Positions 1 to 13,475 of a stretch of DNA of 64,000 nt are shown here, one piece after another. Origin of the DNA: Felis catus (lineage: Eukaryota); assembly GCF_018350175.1 (NCBI RefSeq), contig NC_058373.1, positions 116,748,001 to 116,812,000 of the forward strand. The letters run 5' to 3'. The position numbers and the translations under genes are program-made. How positions within the stretch are numbered: the stretch's first letter is position 1; each line of letters starts with the position of its first letter. The notes beneath the pieces were generated by a model, which saw only the letters and a list, made by a program, of their open reading frames with translations, was not told the DNA's origin and searched no databases.

Positions 1-429
1 ATATGGTCAAGATTTATTTTTCCTTTAAATATTCTAGCATATTTTCATGACTTTCTTACTGATCTGTCATTAGTTCTAATAAAAATTATGAAGCATGTGT
101 TATTTCCTTGTATATTATTTCCAAAGTAATTACGGGTTTTTTTGTTCTGTTTTATTTTGTTTTGGGGGGGGGAGCTACTTTATAGCAAATATTTATAAAG
201 AAGAAAATTCTTCCTTCTGAAAAATCAACTATTCAACTATATCAGCTGTTTCATTTCCCTTCTATTTTTGAAGTCCTTGTGTATCTGCATGTGTAAGTAT
301 ATATTTACAAAGTAGAATATAGCATATCTGGTTTTTGACTCAACATCGTATCCTAAATTTTAGGCATGTTAATCGTCCCGCAGTCTGTTCAGCGTCACTG
401 TCTCAAAGTCATATCTTCTGCCTTCCACC

Positions 430-2280
430 TGAGAGTCTGGTGCAGTCCTTGTGACTGTAGGAGAGATTTTGCCACAGGGGTCCTTCTTAATTAATTCATT
501 GGGTTACTTCTGAAACCAGCCATCTCAATAATGCAACAAAAGGAAAAACTATCATTTTGCAAAAAAAACTAAAGAGAATTATTAAACTCTTTATTAAGAA
601 TTAAATAATTCAGTACGATTACTGGGTATGATATAAACAAAAAGTCAGTAGCTTTTTAGTATGTTAGCAGTATGGTATTAGAAAATGTGATGACATGACT
701 GATCCTAGTCTAAGTAAGAAAATACTATACTATACCTGATAATAAATATAACAAATGAATATCTTTAGGTTAAAAGATCTTAAAATAAATCTGTAGATGT
801 AGGAGCTAGATATGTTACTGAACGGGAAGACTCGATATTACACAGAATTTAAAGTTTTCCAAGTTAATTGATAAATTTAATGCAGTTTGAAAACAAATCA
901 AAATGACAAAACCAAGAGAGTTCGCCATGAAACTTGACAAGAATGATACTAAATTAGCTGAAGAAGTGGAATTAATGGCATCAGCAGCATTTATTATAAT
1001 ACTATGATATTTCAATTGCTTTGGCATTGGCAGATAGAAAAGCAGACTACCCAAACAGATAGGGACACCACAAGAGGAAACCTCCACATGCCTGAGGACT
1101 TTTTTTTTTTTGGCATTGTATTAAAAATCAGTATGGAAAGACTGATTCTAATAATAGAATAGAATGGTAAAATTAAAAATATATTCCTATAAACAAATTT
1201 TGGATGAATTAAAGACATACCTTTTAAAGAGTGACCTTTCAGCTTTTAGAAGAAAATATAGGAAAACATCTGTATGGTGTTGGCGATTGGAAGCATTTTT
1301 TTTGAGCAAGATCCAAAAAGCCCAAAATATAAAGAAGAGCAATAAATGTGACTGTGTTAAATTTTTTCAATGTGTATATGAGAAGACATACCTTAAACAA
1401 AGGTAAAAGGCAAGCTATAGAATATGAAATACATTCAGATATACATATCTTATGGAAGATAAATATCCATACCATATAGAGAAATCCCACAAATCAATAA
1501 TAACGAAAAATGGGTAAAACATAAGTAAAGACCAATAAATGAATTAAAATTTTAACTAGTTATCAGGGAAATGCCAGCGAAAACAATAAGGTAGCATTGA
1601 TATCATCATACTGGTAATAATTTAAAGGCAAAGATGATAGAGAAAGTGATGTCCTGTATGTCGTGGCTGGATTGTAAAATTGTTCCAAGCACGTTAGAGA
1701 GCAGTCTGATGTATCTAATAATGTTGAGAACTGCTCCAACTCAAGGTTTTAGCAGTTCCCTTTCTAGAATCCTTTAGAGAGACTTTCATACATGTCTCCA
1801 AAGAAGATACGAAAGTAGTGGCCATTCGTTCATTGTTTGTGATAGCAAAACATTGGAGATAATCTAGATTGCACTCAATAAAACCTAGTATATACAAAGA
1901 ATAGAAAACATACAGAAGTTATTATAAAGGCTCTATATCTTTTTGTATCAACATGAATAAATCTTTAAAAACAATTTTTGTGTGAAAAAAAGTTGTAAAA
2001 GGATGCGTTCCAAATGATACCATCTGTACAGATTTCATAAATATACAAAATACTTATGGGAAGGGTACATAGCATCTTTGAGAAGTTTCTTCAGAGAAGC
2101 TGAGAGCAGGATGGGATTGGAAATTGATATTTTAAGCTATATTTGTAACATTTTGTTTCTTTGTACTCTGAAGCAAATTTGGCAGAATATTAACATTTAT
2201 CAAATCCAGATGACGGGTACTAGGTATCTCTACATTTTTGCAGGTTTCAAATATTTTGTAATTGAAAATTTTCAGTTTAG
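430..2280 (+). mobile_element. Ancient L1 relic (ORF2 3' part and 3' end)
   Basis: A-rich sense strand with L1-like words (aagtcagtagctttt, ggaagactcgatatt, tttaatgcag, gattgtaaaattg, gtttgtgatagcaaaacattgg); no open frame; boundaries approximate. Confidence 0.6.
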
Positions 2281-3465
2281 ACTAATAGCATTGCAGTCCC
2301 CAGTTAAACATCAGATTGAACACATGCCACAATTATTTCCTTTCCCTCCTTAACCCCTATGCCAGTGTCATTAAAGGAATAGAAAAAGACATAGATATAT
2401 ACAGAGACAAATAAGAGAAAAATAGAAGTAGATTAGAATTATCAGCACAGTTTTGGTCATTGATTTTTTTGTAAGTACTGATGTGGACAGAGTTCAATGT
2501 GAATGCCTTTACAGAGGGGTTCTAGGGCATGTTGACCCTGTACAAACCCAAAATTGGAGGACTCAAGTTGCTGAGAAGATTGGAGGGGTGAGGCTGGTCG
2601 CAGCTAGGTAGCGGGGGTCCCTTCCCTAACCTGATGTGATCATAAAGCCTCCAGAAAATGGGAGGAATTACTTGAAACACTTTTTGCTGAGTTCGGTTCT
2701 TGGAATGCTGAGCACTAGACAGGAAATGGAACCATTCTTCTCTCGAGAAATGAAGTGTATCCTATAAATGAACTGTACACATGTGGCATTTGTGAGTCCC
2801 CCCAGCATAGAGGGGGGACCCTCCGTCCGGTTTAAGCCGGCAAAGGATTTATGGAAATAGTATTTAGTGACTTGCCGAATCACTGGGAAGGCTGTAGAAC
2901 TAGGTCTGGAAAATGGGTGAGAACGAGGGAGGCCAAGTGGCCGAAGGGAATGCTCAGTCGTACAAGAAAACCAGTGTGGTGCTGCCTCTGAACACTAGAC
3001 GTCTAGCTTTGTGTTACCACCGTGTGCACTTTACCAAGGGCACTACTGTACACGAGGGACATTACTGCTCCCATCACTTTCCACGTAGGTGGACTCGCGG
3101 CCCCTTGCTCTCTCCAGACACTACTTTTTGACTCACGGGTTCGGGATGTGCTTATCTCATGGGCTGAGGGGCAGGTTGTATGTCTGCAGCCTATCTGTAA
3201 GAATGTCTGGTTAGGTGATGGTGTGGCATTTGTAGCTTCTGTGGTGGAAGATAGACTCTCTGTATAAGGCAAGAAATTTCCCCGGATGTGGGAAGAGAGC
3301 TCAGAGACTAAACAGATGCTAGACAGTCATAATTCTGTTTTCCCCTATGTTCAGTTTTCACAAGTAAAACAACTGGGTCCCCAACCAGTCCCCTCCAGGA
3401 AAGTTCATGTAGCAGTCAACAAGCCATGCCTCCACACAGAGCTTCTTTTTAATGCTTGAACGTTA

Positions 3466-3577
3466 TTTTTTTAAGATTATATTTTCTAGGCACTCTCTAC
3501 ACCCAACGTGGGGCTTGAACCCACAACCCTGAGACCGAGAGTCACACGCTTCACAGACTGAGCCACCCAGGTGCCCC
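3466..3577 (-). mobile_element. Short old-type Can-SINE (tRNA-derived head only)
   Basis: Reverse complement begins GGGGCACCTGGGTGGCTCAGTC, has a B-box GGTTCAAGCCCC and ends in an A-rich tail; degenerate TSD. Confidence 0.85.
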
Positions 3578-3741
3578 AGTGCCTGAATATTAAACATAAA
3601 AGGATAGTCAGTGATAGCAGACATTATGAGCAAAAGCCTTCCATGTGAGAAAGACAGTGATCACGACAGATAGAAGAAAAGTATATGTGGGGAAAATATA
3701 GACACCGAATATGAAAAGGAAGCTTTAAAAAAAATTGCTTA

Positions 3742-3960
3742 GGGGCGCCTGGGTGGCTCAGTCGGTTGAGCAGCCGACTTCGGCTCAGGTCATGATCTCA
3801 CAGCTTGTGAGTTCGAGCCCCGCGTCAGGCTCTGTGCTGACAGCTCGGAGCCCTGGAGCCTGCTTCAGATTCTGTGCCTCCCTCTCTCTCTGCCCCAACC
3901 CACTCACATTCTGTCTCTGTCTCTCTCAAAAATAAATAAACATTAAAAAAAATTTTTTTA
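3742..3960 (+). mobile_element. Can-SINE (felid type)
   Basis: GGGGCGCCTGGGTGGCTCAGTCGGTT head, GTTCGAGCCC B-box, CT tract, AATAAA/A tail, TSD aattgctta. Confidence 0.95.
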
Positions 3961-4144
3961 ATTGCTTAATATTAGTAGGGATGAGATGAAGTATTACAGT
4001 TATGAAATAAGAATAGAATTTTTTTTTTTAATGGGAAGAAACAATCATTGAACACAAATTTTTTTTCAAAATTGAGGCCAGGAGTCGATATGAAACATTT
4101 AATAATATGGTTGGAAAATGAAGGTAAAAAAAAATTCTTTTCCA

Positions 4145-4368
4145 GGGGCACCTGGGTGGCTCAGCGATTGAAAGCCTGACTTTGGTTCAGGTCATGATCT
4201 CACAGTTTGTGGGTTTGGGCCCTGCATCGGGTTCTGTGCTGACAGCTCAGAGCCTGGAGCCTGCTTCAGATTCTGTGTCTCCCTCTCTCTCTCTGCCCCT
4301 CCCCCACTCGTGCTCTGTCTGTGTGTCTCTCTTTTTCTCTCAAATAAATAAATGTTAAAAAAAAAAAA
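4145..4368 (+). mobile_element. Can-SINE
   Basis: Head, CT tract and A tail; TSD-like aattcttt on both sides. Confidence 0.93.
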
Positions 4369-5586
4369 ATTCTTTCTAGTACCTAAAAGAAAAAGAATGG
4401 ATGGTGGGAGAGAGGAGATAAGCAGCTATTTAGGAGATCCAGTATCCAGTAAGTAGAACTTTGAAAGAAAGGTAAAGGGAAGGGAATTATTGAAGAAAAA
4501 AAAAAAAAAGATTTAAAGAAAGAACGAAAATTTCACTTAAGTGAAAGAGATATGTTTTTATATTGAAAAGATTTACTAGGTATCAAATGAAAGGATTATA
4601 AAAAGGTTCACACAAAGGCTACTCTACTCCAGTATCTAAAAAGATTTTTTAAAACCTCCTGGGGGGTAGGGGAAAGAAAGAAAAAAGAAAAAAACATGTA
4701 ATGTATAAAAGAATAGGAATCAGAGTATCACTGGACTTTCCAGTTACAACAATGGAAGCTAGAAGATAATGAAATAATAAATTCCATTGGTAAATGTTTT
4801 TCTACCTAGAGTTCGATACCCAGCCAAATTGTCAATTTAAGGCTAGACGTTCCAGGTCTCAAAGCTTTTACTACATATGTACTTCTTAGGCAGTTGCCAA
4901 ATGAAGATAGTGCTCATCAAAATGAGGGAGTAAGATGTGAGATCCGGGGAACATGGGGCCCTTTGGAGGAGAGGAGAGAAGGAACTGTCAAGATGATAAT
5001 GATGGGATGCTTCTGAGAATGCCAATGCAGTAGACCTAGCATTCAGCCAGGTCAGATTAGAGTAGAAGGATGGAGAGCTCCAGAAGAGAGGGCTCCAGGA
5101 AAGAGAAATGGAATTGATAGGGCACCCATTGCTTTGGTAACCATCTGGAAAACAGTAATGAAAAATTTGTGGGTTTGTTTTTTTTTTTTCATTGAGTTTA
5201 GGAAGAATTAAGAGTAGGTATGTAGAAACGAAGCAAATGGAAAACAGATGAAGCAATTATTAACTCCAGGAAACATAAAGTAAGCAATTAAGGACATATA
5301 ACCACAGTAATACAAATCCTGCTCTGTATAGCTATGATACATGTACACACATGCACATACAGAAATATGTACACAGAATAGGGCAAGGGAAGAAATGGGA
5401 TACTTACTGAAAGCGTGCTCATTTCTCATTTTCCACGATAGAACTTCAGATAATATCTAAGATAGGTAAATCAAGAAGTACCAGTATGAACATGTTAGTT
5501 AGGAATATGGAAATATTGGAGGGAACAATAGTATGAATTGAAAGTGGTAGCTCCTAGGAGTGGAGAAGATAAGGTAAAGCACTCCT

Positions 5587-5605
5587 GTTTTGTGTTTTGT
5601 TTTGT

Positions 5606-5633
<28 letters not shown>
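5587..5633. repeat. (TTTTG)n pentanucleotide repeat
   Basis: Read directly. Confidence 0.95.
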
Positions 5634-5636
<3 letters not shown>

Positions 5637-7329
5637 ATATGTTGTAGTACTATTTGCCTTTAACTATTGTATATATTAGCAGTGTGTATCTTTGTACAGT
5701 AGGTCTTCCTTCTATAGATTGTAAAATCACTTCTCATTGTTTGTTGTACCACTTATTCTTGTATTCACATATGGATGACATTTATCATTAAACTTCTGTA
5801 GGGACTAAAGCTAATAAATAAGGCATAATGCCTTGCCTCAGGGCCCACTTGTGGCTTAGTGGGTGGTGCATCAGAAAACCCTGAAACATCAGGATATTTT
5901 GCATGATTGTCTTTTGGGAACCAAGGTTGTGGTGGGAGTGTTAGGGACAAATGGAAAGATTGGCAGAGATCCTAGGGCCTGCTGGAGAAATAGAGATCAG
6001 AAAGAGTTGGTGTATGAGGAGGAGTCCTGGGGTTCAGCAGAAGAAAATCTTTTCTGCCTCTGGACAACCATACGTTTCCAAATGTTGAAAGAGAGGTTAC
6101 AGAGCCCAACAATATGATTATGATTATTTTCTGGTTTACCTTTTTTTTTCCCCCCGCCCTGAAAGGGTTGTACCAATCTTCATTGCCTCTAGCAATATAA
6201 GGATGTCTGTTTTAACAGTGCACCATTAACAGTGAGTACTGGCATTCTTAGGATTTTTCCTAATGGGTATAAAATGATGTAGTGTTGTTTTGATTTGTAT
6301 GTCTTTGATGCTTATTTATACCCATGATTGTTACAGCACTGGTTAGGCCTTTCCTTGCGCTTGTGTTCTGTTAAAGAGTTTTCTGCGACGTATTTTTTTT
6401 TTTAAACTTGTTCTACCTGCAATTTTGTGAAAAAACTTCAAAATCACTTATTTTGTCAGAAAACTTCAAACAGAGAATCCTTCATTTTTATTGCCAGCAG
6501 AGCTGGTGTTAGAAGGTAATGATGCATAGTACGGTGATAATTTCTTTAGAGAATCCCGGTCTTGGTTTTGAATCACCATATGTCACATGCAGTACTCTCA
6601 AGGGATGTGTGTAAAAGGTAACATGGCAACATGGCAGGGGCTGGAATGGGGTGTGGACAACTTCCTAGGAGAGACTGTACCTAAATGCAGTCTGGAGGAG
6701 TAAGAGGTGAACAGGAAAAATAGGGGTGGGTAGGAACAAACCAAGACAACGACAGAAGAGGATTGTATGAGGTTGTATTCCAGCACAGGTTGCTGCTTGG
6801 TGTTTTGGTTTTGTGTAGTTTGGTTTTGTTTGTTTATTTGTTTGTTTTGAAAGCTCATGAGTGCATTCAAGGTATATTCAAGGCATTGTAGCTGGTTCTA
6901 TTTCCCTTTGACTAGAGCCATACACTCTCTTGACAGCGTAAAGAGAAAGGCTGTTACTTACAGGGATCTATCTTGCATTTGTGAGATTGTTCTTTTGCCT
7001 TGAAAGTGGTGGGAAGTTGGTGTGAGGTTTTAAGCAAGAGAGTGTAAGTGTTGTGCTTGCATGCACTTTGTAAGCACTCAGTACCGAAGAGGCAGGGTGA
7101 TGAAATTTTGAAGTGAGTGTTAGTGCAGGCACACAAGATGACATTTGAAGATCAAACTTATCATTCCAGTTAAGGAATTTCTTTCACTTGGTCACAAAAA
7201 TGAAAGGAGTCGCCAAGAAAGAGAAGACTTCCTGCCCCAAGGTTCTGTCTTTGAATGCTTGGTTGGTTTGCATTTTCATTAGCTTTTTTTCTAGTTTGTA
7301 AATCAAAGTTTAAATGATAAGGTTACAAA

Positions 7330-7725
7330 ATTTGTGAGTAACGTGGAATCTAAAACCAAAAACCAACCTTATGGATACAGAGAACAGATGGGTGGTCGCC
7401 TGAGGTTGAGGAGGAGTGACTTGGGTGCTGGTGATCAAAAGGTACAAATTTCCAGTTATAAAATGTGTAGGTCACAGTGATCTTATGTACGGCATGGTGA
7501 CTACAGTTAATACTGTGGTATTGCATATTTGAAAGTAGCCAGGGAACGGAACTTGATCGTTCTCATCACAAGGAAAAAAAGCTTTGTAACTATATATGGT
7601 GACGATGTTAACTGGACTCCTGGCAGTTGTCATTTTACAGTACATACAAATATTGAATCACTGAGTTGTAGACCTGAAACTAACATGATATTATGTCAGC
7701 TATACCTCCTTTTTTAAAAATAATA
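7330..7725 (+). mobile_element. L1 3' end (L1MA/carnivore type)
   Basis: gatacagagaacaga, ggtacaaatttccagttataaaat, atggtgactacagttaata, acctgaaactaac, tatgtcagctatacctc are typical L1 3'UTR motifs. Confidence 0.8.
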
Positions 7726-7966
7726 AATTTGTCAGTAAAATCTCATTTAGAAGTCAGGAATAGATAAAAGTAATTTTATTTGAGGGTTATGTATAATGTG
7801 CATGAATGTTTGTATATGTGCATAATTAGTAAAGAAAAAAACCCCTGGAGGAATGTGTTGTGCATTCGTTTAAAAAAAAGTTATTTCATTCGCTCTTGTC
7901 TTAATTGTTGCTGACAAGTTGCCAGAAACATTTGTAGAGGGCTCCTATTTTCAGAACCAGGATTTA

Positions 7967-7968
<2 letters not shown>

Positions 7969-8043
<75 letters not shown>

Positions 8044-8044
8044 G
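7969..8044. repeat. (TA)n microsatellite with TG and CA interruptions
   Basis: CA(TA)15 TG (TA)10 CA (TA)9 TG read directly. Confidence 0.98.
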
Positions 8045-9951
8045 ATTTAAATTGTGTCAGTTGTGAAGTGTTTCATCAAGTTATTTTCTGTCAGCTTGGC
8101 AGGGGGAGGTCCTCTGCCTCTCCTGGACATAAGTAGATTCTTTAATTCTTCATCATCCACCCTCTGCCTTCCTTCATTTTCTGGTTATATACTAGATTAA
8201 GTCTCTTCAGAAGTGAGCTCTCCCTTGCACTGTATCCTTTCTCTCTGGTCTGTATCTGTCATTCATTGCCTTTCTTACTGTGTGTGCCCGGCCCACACAA
8301 TATCTGGAGGAATGCACAAACTATTAGGAGTGGCTACCCCTTGGGGTTAGTATTGGGGTGTCCTGAAGGAGAGAGATATTTTTCACTTTTTCTGCACTGT
8401 TTCCGTTTTTTTTTTTTTTTTTTTTAAACAAGAAGCATACAATTCATTCATTTAAAAAACAGCTTTGAAAAAGGCAACAATGGGAAGCCTTGTACACGGG
8501 AGAGAAATTACATGAGCATAAAAGATAATTGTCTTGACCATCATGGATTTGGTGACGGTTATTTTTATTTCTGGTTTCTGTTGTCTCTCCCACCTGTGCT
8601 AGACTAATCACCCCTCCTTTTTCCTGTGAATGTGTTTATTTACTTTGCTAGGATTTTTAAGACCTAATCCTATTGCGCATTCGTTTACTTTTTAGTGGTT
8701 TCATTGTGAAGGGGCCTCGTCCAGTTCTAACTGATGCACTTCTGGTTGCTCTTTTAAAAGATTTGCTCATTCGTGTGGCTATTTTTCATGCCCTTTGATG
8801 GTAACTGGATAGAAGGGAAGAAGGTCAAATTGCTGTTATTTTTCATTCCCTTCTGTTGTAGTTACGAAGGCTCCTAAAGAGAAAAATTAAGCTGAAACCT
8901 GTATTAAATTTTGTCCAGGTAGGCTTTTTGTTTTCTTGACCTGTCGCCCTTAACACTGATATTTATGAGATAGCCATAACCACATTTTAAATGACAGTAT
9001 GAATTCTCTTACTTTATCCATTAATTTCTAGTCCATTTTAACTGAGATCCTGTGACTTTTGTTTCTAATGATTCCATTTCAAGGAGATTGAGCTGAGATA
9101 CTTCGGGGAGAAGAACCGGATGGATCTCTGCCCTCGGGAATCTAAACATCTAATTGGGGAGAAAAGGCCCAACCATGTGTGGGGCTGTCACGAATTTCAA
9201 AAAGTAGGAGGGGAGGAGAGGCGTTTTTAGGAGGTAGAGTGTTGTAGCGCAAGCAACATGGCGTAGGCATCAGACCCCTCGAGCAGCGATCCAGGCTCTT
9301 CTGAGCGGCAGAATCTTCCACACAAGCTCTGTGGATCACACCTCCCGGGAGGTGCTGTGTAAACAAGGTTGTGTACAAACTGGTACAGCATCATGGATGC
9401 TCAAACTGAAGTGAAAACTGATGGCAGCAAATTGTTGCAGAGCATGTTCTGGAAGAACTTCTGGCAGAGCTGACAGGATGGGAGTCTGGGAATGAGGAAA
9501 TTTGGCTTCACATACGGGCTTTGCCCCTGGCCATTTGCCCCTGGTGAACTTCCAGTTTCTGACCCTGAGATACCACATGTGGAAAATGACAGGTTTGGAC
9601 AGGGTTTTTTTTCCTCATAACTCACAATTTTAAATTCTGAATGTAAGCTCAGAGAGGGGTACCCTTAATTCGGGTTCAGTCATCCAGTAGATCTTTATGG
9701 AAAGGTACCACGGTTGTCTAGGGCAGACCTACTTCCTGCTGTGACGGGAAGGAGAAAGCAGTCTAGGGACAGGTGCCACTTAGTCTTGAATTCCAAGCCT
9801 CAATCACACAGTAACAGGGTGGCAATTGAGGGGCCGTGAAGCTTCCCAAAAGACAAGTGGCTTGACCACTGTAGCATTTTAAGAAAGTTGATAATCAGTA
9901 TTTTTCTCCTGCTAGATGTAGAGATTCGTACAGGAGTTTGTTTTCAGAAAT

Positions 9952-10156
9952 GGGGCACCTGGGTGGCTCAGTCGGTTAAGTGTCCGACTCCTGACTCTGA
10001 CTCAGGTTATGATCTCACAGTTTGTGAGATCGAGCCCCATGCCGGGCCCTGGGCTGACCTTATGGAGCCTGCTTGAGATTCTGTCTCTCCTCTCTCTGCC
10101 CCCCACTCCCCCGCCTCTCAAAAAAAAAAAAAAAAGGTAATAAACATTTAAAAAAA
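9952..10156 (+). mobile_element. Can-SINE (older, diverged)
   Basis: GGGGCACCTGGGTGGCTCAGTCGGTTAAG head, shortened CT tract, A tail. Confidence 0.9.
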
Positions 10157-10559
10157 CGAATAACTCAGGCTATGAAGGGAGATGATTTTTCTTTTATAAT
10201 GTGTATTTGAACTAATTTTCTGCCATAAATTCTCTGCCAGTCGAGTATTTACTGAGAGCTAGCCCCTGGTGTCACACACAATCTACTTACCTCCCTGAAA
10301 ACGGAGATACTGCTTCATAGGGTGCTTGTGAGGACTGAAGACATGAACAAGTGTTGGAGAGAGAAGTGGAGGGGAGTCCTGCTGCTCTGGAGCCCTGTAG
10401 GGAGAGCTTCTAGCCAGGAATAAGGGTAGGAAGAAACAGACAAATAAAGCATCTGCAATCTGTATTTAAGGAAATGCTAAAGCAGTGCGGGGTGATTTTG
10501 TTTTAATTTTTTCTTCTAAGTCTTGGTCCTTGGGTGGTATTTTAAAATCTGCTAAGTGT

Positions 10560-10765
10560 GGGGTGCCTGGGTGGCTCGGTTGGTTAAGTGTCCAACTTCG
10601 GTTCAGGTCATGATCTCATGGTTTGTGGGTTCAAGCCCCACATTGGGCTGTGCGCTGACAGCTTAGAGCCTGGAGCCTGCCTGGGGTTCTGCGTCTCCCT
10701 CTCTCTGCCCCCCCCCACCTCCTCCCCGCCAATGCTCTGTCTCTCTATCAAAAAAAATAAACATT
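10560..10765 (+). mobile_element. Can-SINE (host of nested insertion; its tail resumes at about 10992-11012)
   Basis: Head and body intact; tail interrupted by the next SINE. Confidence 0.9.
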
Positions 10766-10991
10766 GGGGCGCCTGGGTGGCGCAGTCGGTTAAGCGTCCG
10801 ACTTCAGCCAGGTCACGATCTCGCAGTCCATGAGTTCGAGCCCCGCGTCAGGCTGATGGCTCGGAGCCTGGAGCCTGTTTCCGATTCTGTGTCTCCTTCT
10901 CTCTCTGCCCCTCCCCCGTTCATGCTCTGTCTCTCTCTGTCCCAAAAATAAATAAAAACGTTGGAAAAAAAAATTATAAAAAAAAATAAAT
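10766..10991 (+). mobile_element. Young felid Can-SINE nested in the tail of the previous SINE
   Basis: GGCGCAGTCGGTTAAGCGTCCGACTTCAGCCAGGTCACGATC diagnostic head; TSD aaataaacatt (10755-10765 and 10992-11002). Confidence 0.95.
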
Positions 10992-12307
10992 AAATAAACA
11001 TTAAAAAATTTTAAATGTGCCAAATGAAATATGGTTACTGTTGATATTCATCATGATTTAAAATTGTTTGGATATTAGGGTTGTATACAGAAACAACTTT
11101 ATGTTTATCCGTGATTCTTACTGATGCTACTTTCTACTCTAAGTTGAATTTACATGTGCTTTTTTCAAGTGCACTTTCTGAAATTTCTTTTTAGAATATA
11201 AATATTCAATTGAGAGAACCACAATATGTTTATTAAAGCCATTTGTGATGTTCTATCTTACTGAACCCACTGGATTCCCGTACTTGTTCCAGGTAGATTA
11301 GAGGGACTTGAGGGTGGAAACATTCCCTCTTTGGCTCCCCCTGGGAGGGTGACTAGTATAGTGCAAAGCACCAGCGGTGCCCTGGCCCAGGTCCACGTTG
11401 GCGACCTGACAAGCTGTCTTAATGATGTGGGTTCTCGGCTGCTGTTCATTGTGTGTGGATCAAGGGTAGCTTTCATAGCTTATGTAATTTGAATCTGACT
11501 TGATACAGTTCAGACCGTCTCTTTCCCTTCTGTTCCCAGAGGGGAAAGTCAATACTAGTAGAGTCTCCCTCCTCAGGTTAAATATAGTGTTGGTTTCCTG
11601 AGCCATCAATATCTCATAGCAGAGCCCAAATGGGGACATTTGTTACATTTAGCCTGAATCTCTGCAGAAAGAGGACTGTGGCGACAGGTAAGATGTCTGA
11701 ACGTGGGAAAGTAGAAGCGTCCTAGGAAAGGGGACATGTGATGATGGCTGATGGCTCAGCCTCACCCTGGTTAGGCAGCCTCACCTGGGTTTTCAGTCAC
11801 CACCACCTGGTGACAAGGTGAAATGGAGGCTCTTTGGGCTGCAGGGCATTTTATATTGATACTAAATACAAAGAAATCATCTGTAAATGAGGAAGTTTAG
11901 GCAGTTGTGTTAATCATCTGTATGAAGTAATCAAATTTGTAAATACTACTGATCTTCTCATCTTTAATACTCTACATTTCAGATAGCCCTCTTTGATTTC
12001 ATTTAAGTCAGGAGATTTAGTGCAAGATCATCTCCGGGGAAGGACCTAACATCTGTTGAGCTTTGACTTGTTCGGTGATTTGCGTAGTTGGAGCTTTAAA
12101 GAGGGCAGTAGTTTATAATTAGGAGTCAGAGTCAGAGGTGTGTTCATCGTACTACATTCCCAGGTCTTTTTTTTTTTTTTTTAAACAACAGAATGATGGG
12201 TTTATTTTTTTCCTACATTTTTTCTTCTGATTACTAAAGTTACATTTGCTCATTTTAGAAAACAAATAGTACAAGTACCAAGAAAAAAAAGCCCAGAAAT
12301 TAGTCTT

Positions 12308-12510
12308 TTTTTTTTTTTTTTTAGCATTTATTCATTTTTGAAAGGCAGAGAGAGACAGAGCGTGAATGGGGGAGGGGCAGAGAGAGAGGGAGACACAGAA
12401 TCTGAAGCAGGCTCCAGGCTCTGAGCTGTCAGCACAGAGCCCAACACGGGGCTTGAACTCACGGACTGTGAGATCGTGACCTGAGCCGAAGTTGGCCGCC
12501 CAACCAACCC
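12308..12510 (-). mobile_element. Can-SINE, 5'-truncated by about 20 nt
   Basis: T tract, GA tract and body present but no GGGGCGCCTGGG head; 18-bp TSD agcccagaaatta(g/t)tctt. Confidence 0.92.
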
Positions 12511-13263
12511 AGCCCAGAAATTATTCTTAATCCAACTACCTAAAGACAGGCATTGTAAATCCTTTGGGGGAACTTCTTTTGGCTTGTTATGTAACTTTTT
12601 TTTTTTTTTAAAAAGCAAAATTTATAATGTATATACAATTTTGTTTGTATTCTAGATTATTCCAATATTGGACATTCTTGTCCCCAATTGCATTCCATAG
12701 GATGCACAATATAAAAATTGTTCTATTTTTTTAAAAAGTGAATCCATGGGTCTTATCAGTTAAGAAATCTTAGTTTAAATAAACGTTGTTTTTTTTTTTC
12801 ATGTAACCTTGAATCTACTAAAAAGTACTATTATGTCCTAAGGGAGGTGATACGTAGTGTGTCCCTGCCGTATTTAATTCTGGGACCCTTTTTTGCGGAT
12901 TGATAACTTGCAGAGTTTGAAGCACCATTTGGGGGAGCTGCCAAGGATTCCCTTCTGCATAGGAGACATTTACTGGTTGTTCCCATTTCTGACACTCCCT
13001 TTTCCCTCGATCATATTTGGTAGGAAGTGGTTTCGTACCAAATCATATTTGATAATCAGCTGTGCAGTAGTAGATTACATCGTACAGTACTGATGAATAC
13101 AATTTTTATGTTTTTAAATGAATATTAATGTACAAATTAGTACATGAAAAACATACACTTGCTCCACTGGTCTGGTCTGGTCTCTTATATCCTGGTGCCA
13201 GGCATGGAAATGCTCAGTGCCCCTGATGAGTGGGTACACTCCAATTTTCCTTGAAACTGTTCA

Positions 13264-13475
13264 GGGGCAACTGGGTGGCTCAGTCGGTTGAGAGTCCAAC
13301 TTCGGCTCAGGTCATGATCTCGCGGTTCATGAGTTCGAGCCCCGCGTTGGGCTCTGTGCTGACAGCTCAGAGCCTGGAGCCTGCTTCGAGTTCTGTGTCT
13401 CCCTCTCTCTCTGTCCCTTCCCCACTTCACACACTCTCCCTCTCTCTCAAAAATAAATAAAAATTAAAAAAAAAA
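13264..13475 (+). mobile_element. Can-SINE
   Basis: Head, B-box, CT tract, A tail; TSD-like tgttca. Confidence 0.93.

Larger units (their letters stand above)
3580..5690 (+). mobile_element. Ancient L1 fragments (ORF1-like and 3' end) interrupted by SINEs
   Basis: ORF1-like words (gaaaatttc, aatcagagtatcactggactt, acaatggaagctagaagataatg, acctagagttcgatacccagccaaattgtcaatt); approximate. Confidence 0.5.

Noticed and set aside
2430..3290. Possible LTR or other old repeat between L1 fragments
   Set aside because: Composition shift is visible, but I could not recognise diagnostic termini or a family.
3466..3577. tRNA gene candidates (also 28098-28171 and other SINE heads)
   Set aside because: tRNA-derived SINE heads with A tails and TSDs; no proper cloverleaf or acceptor stem.
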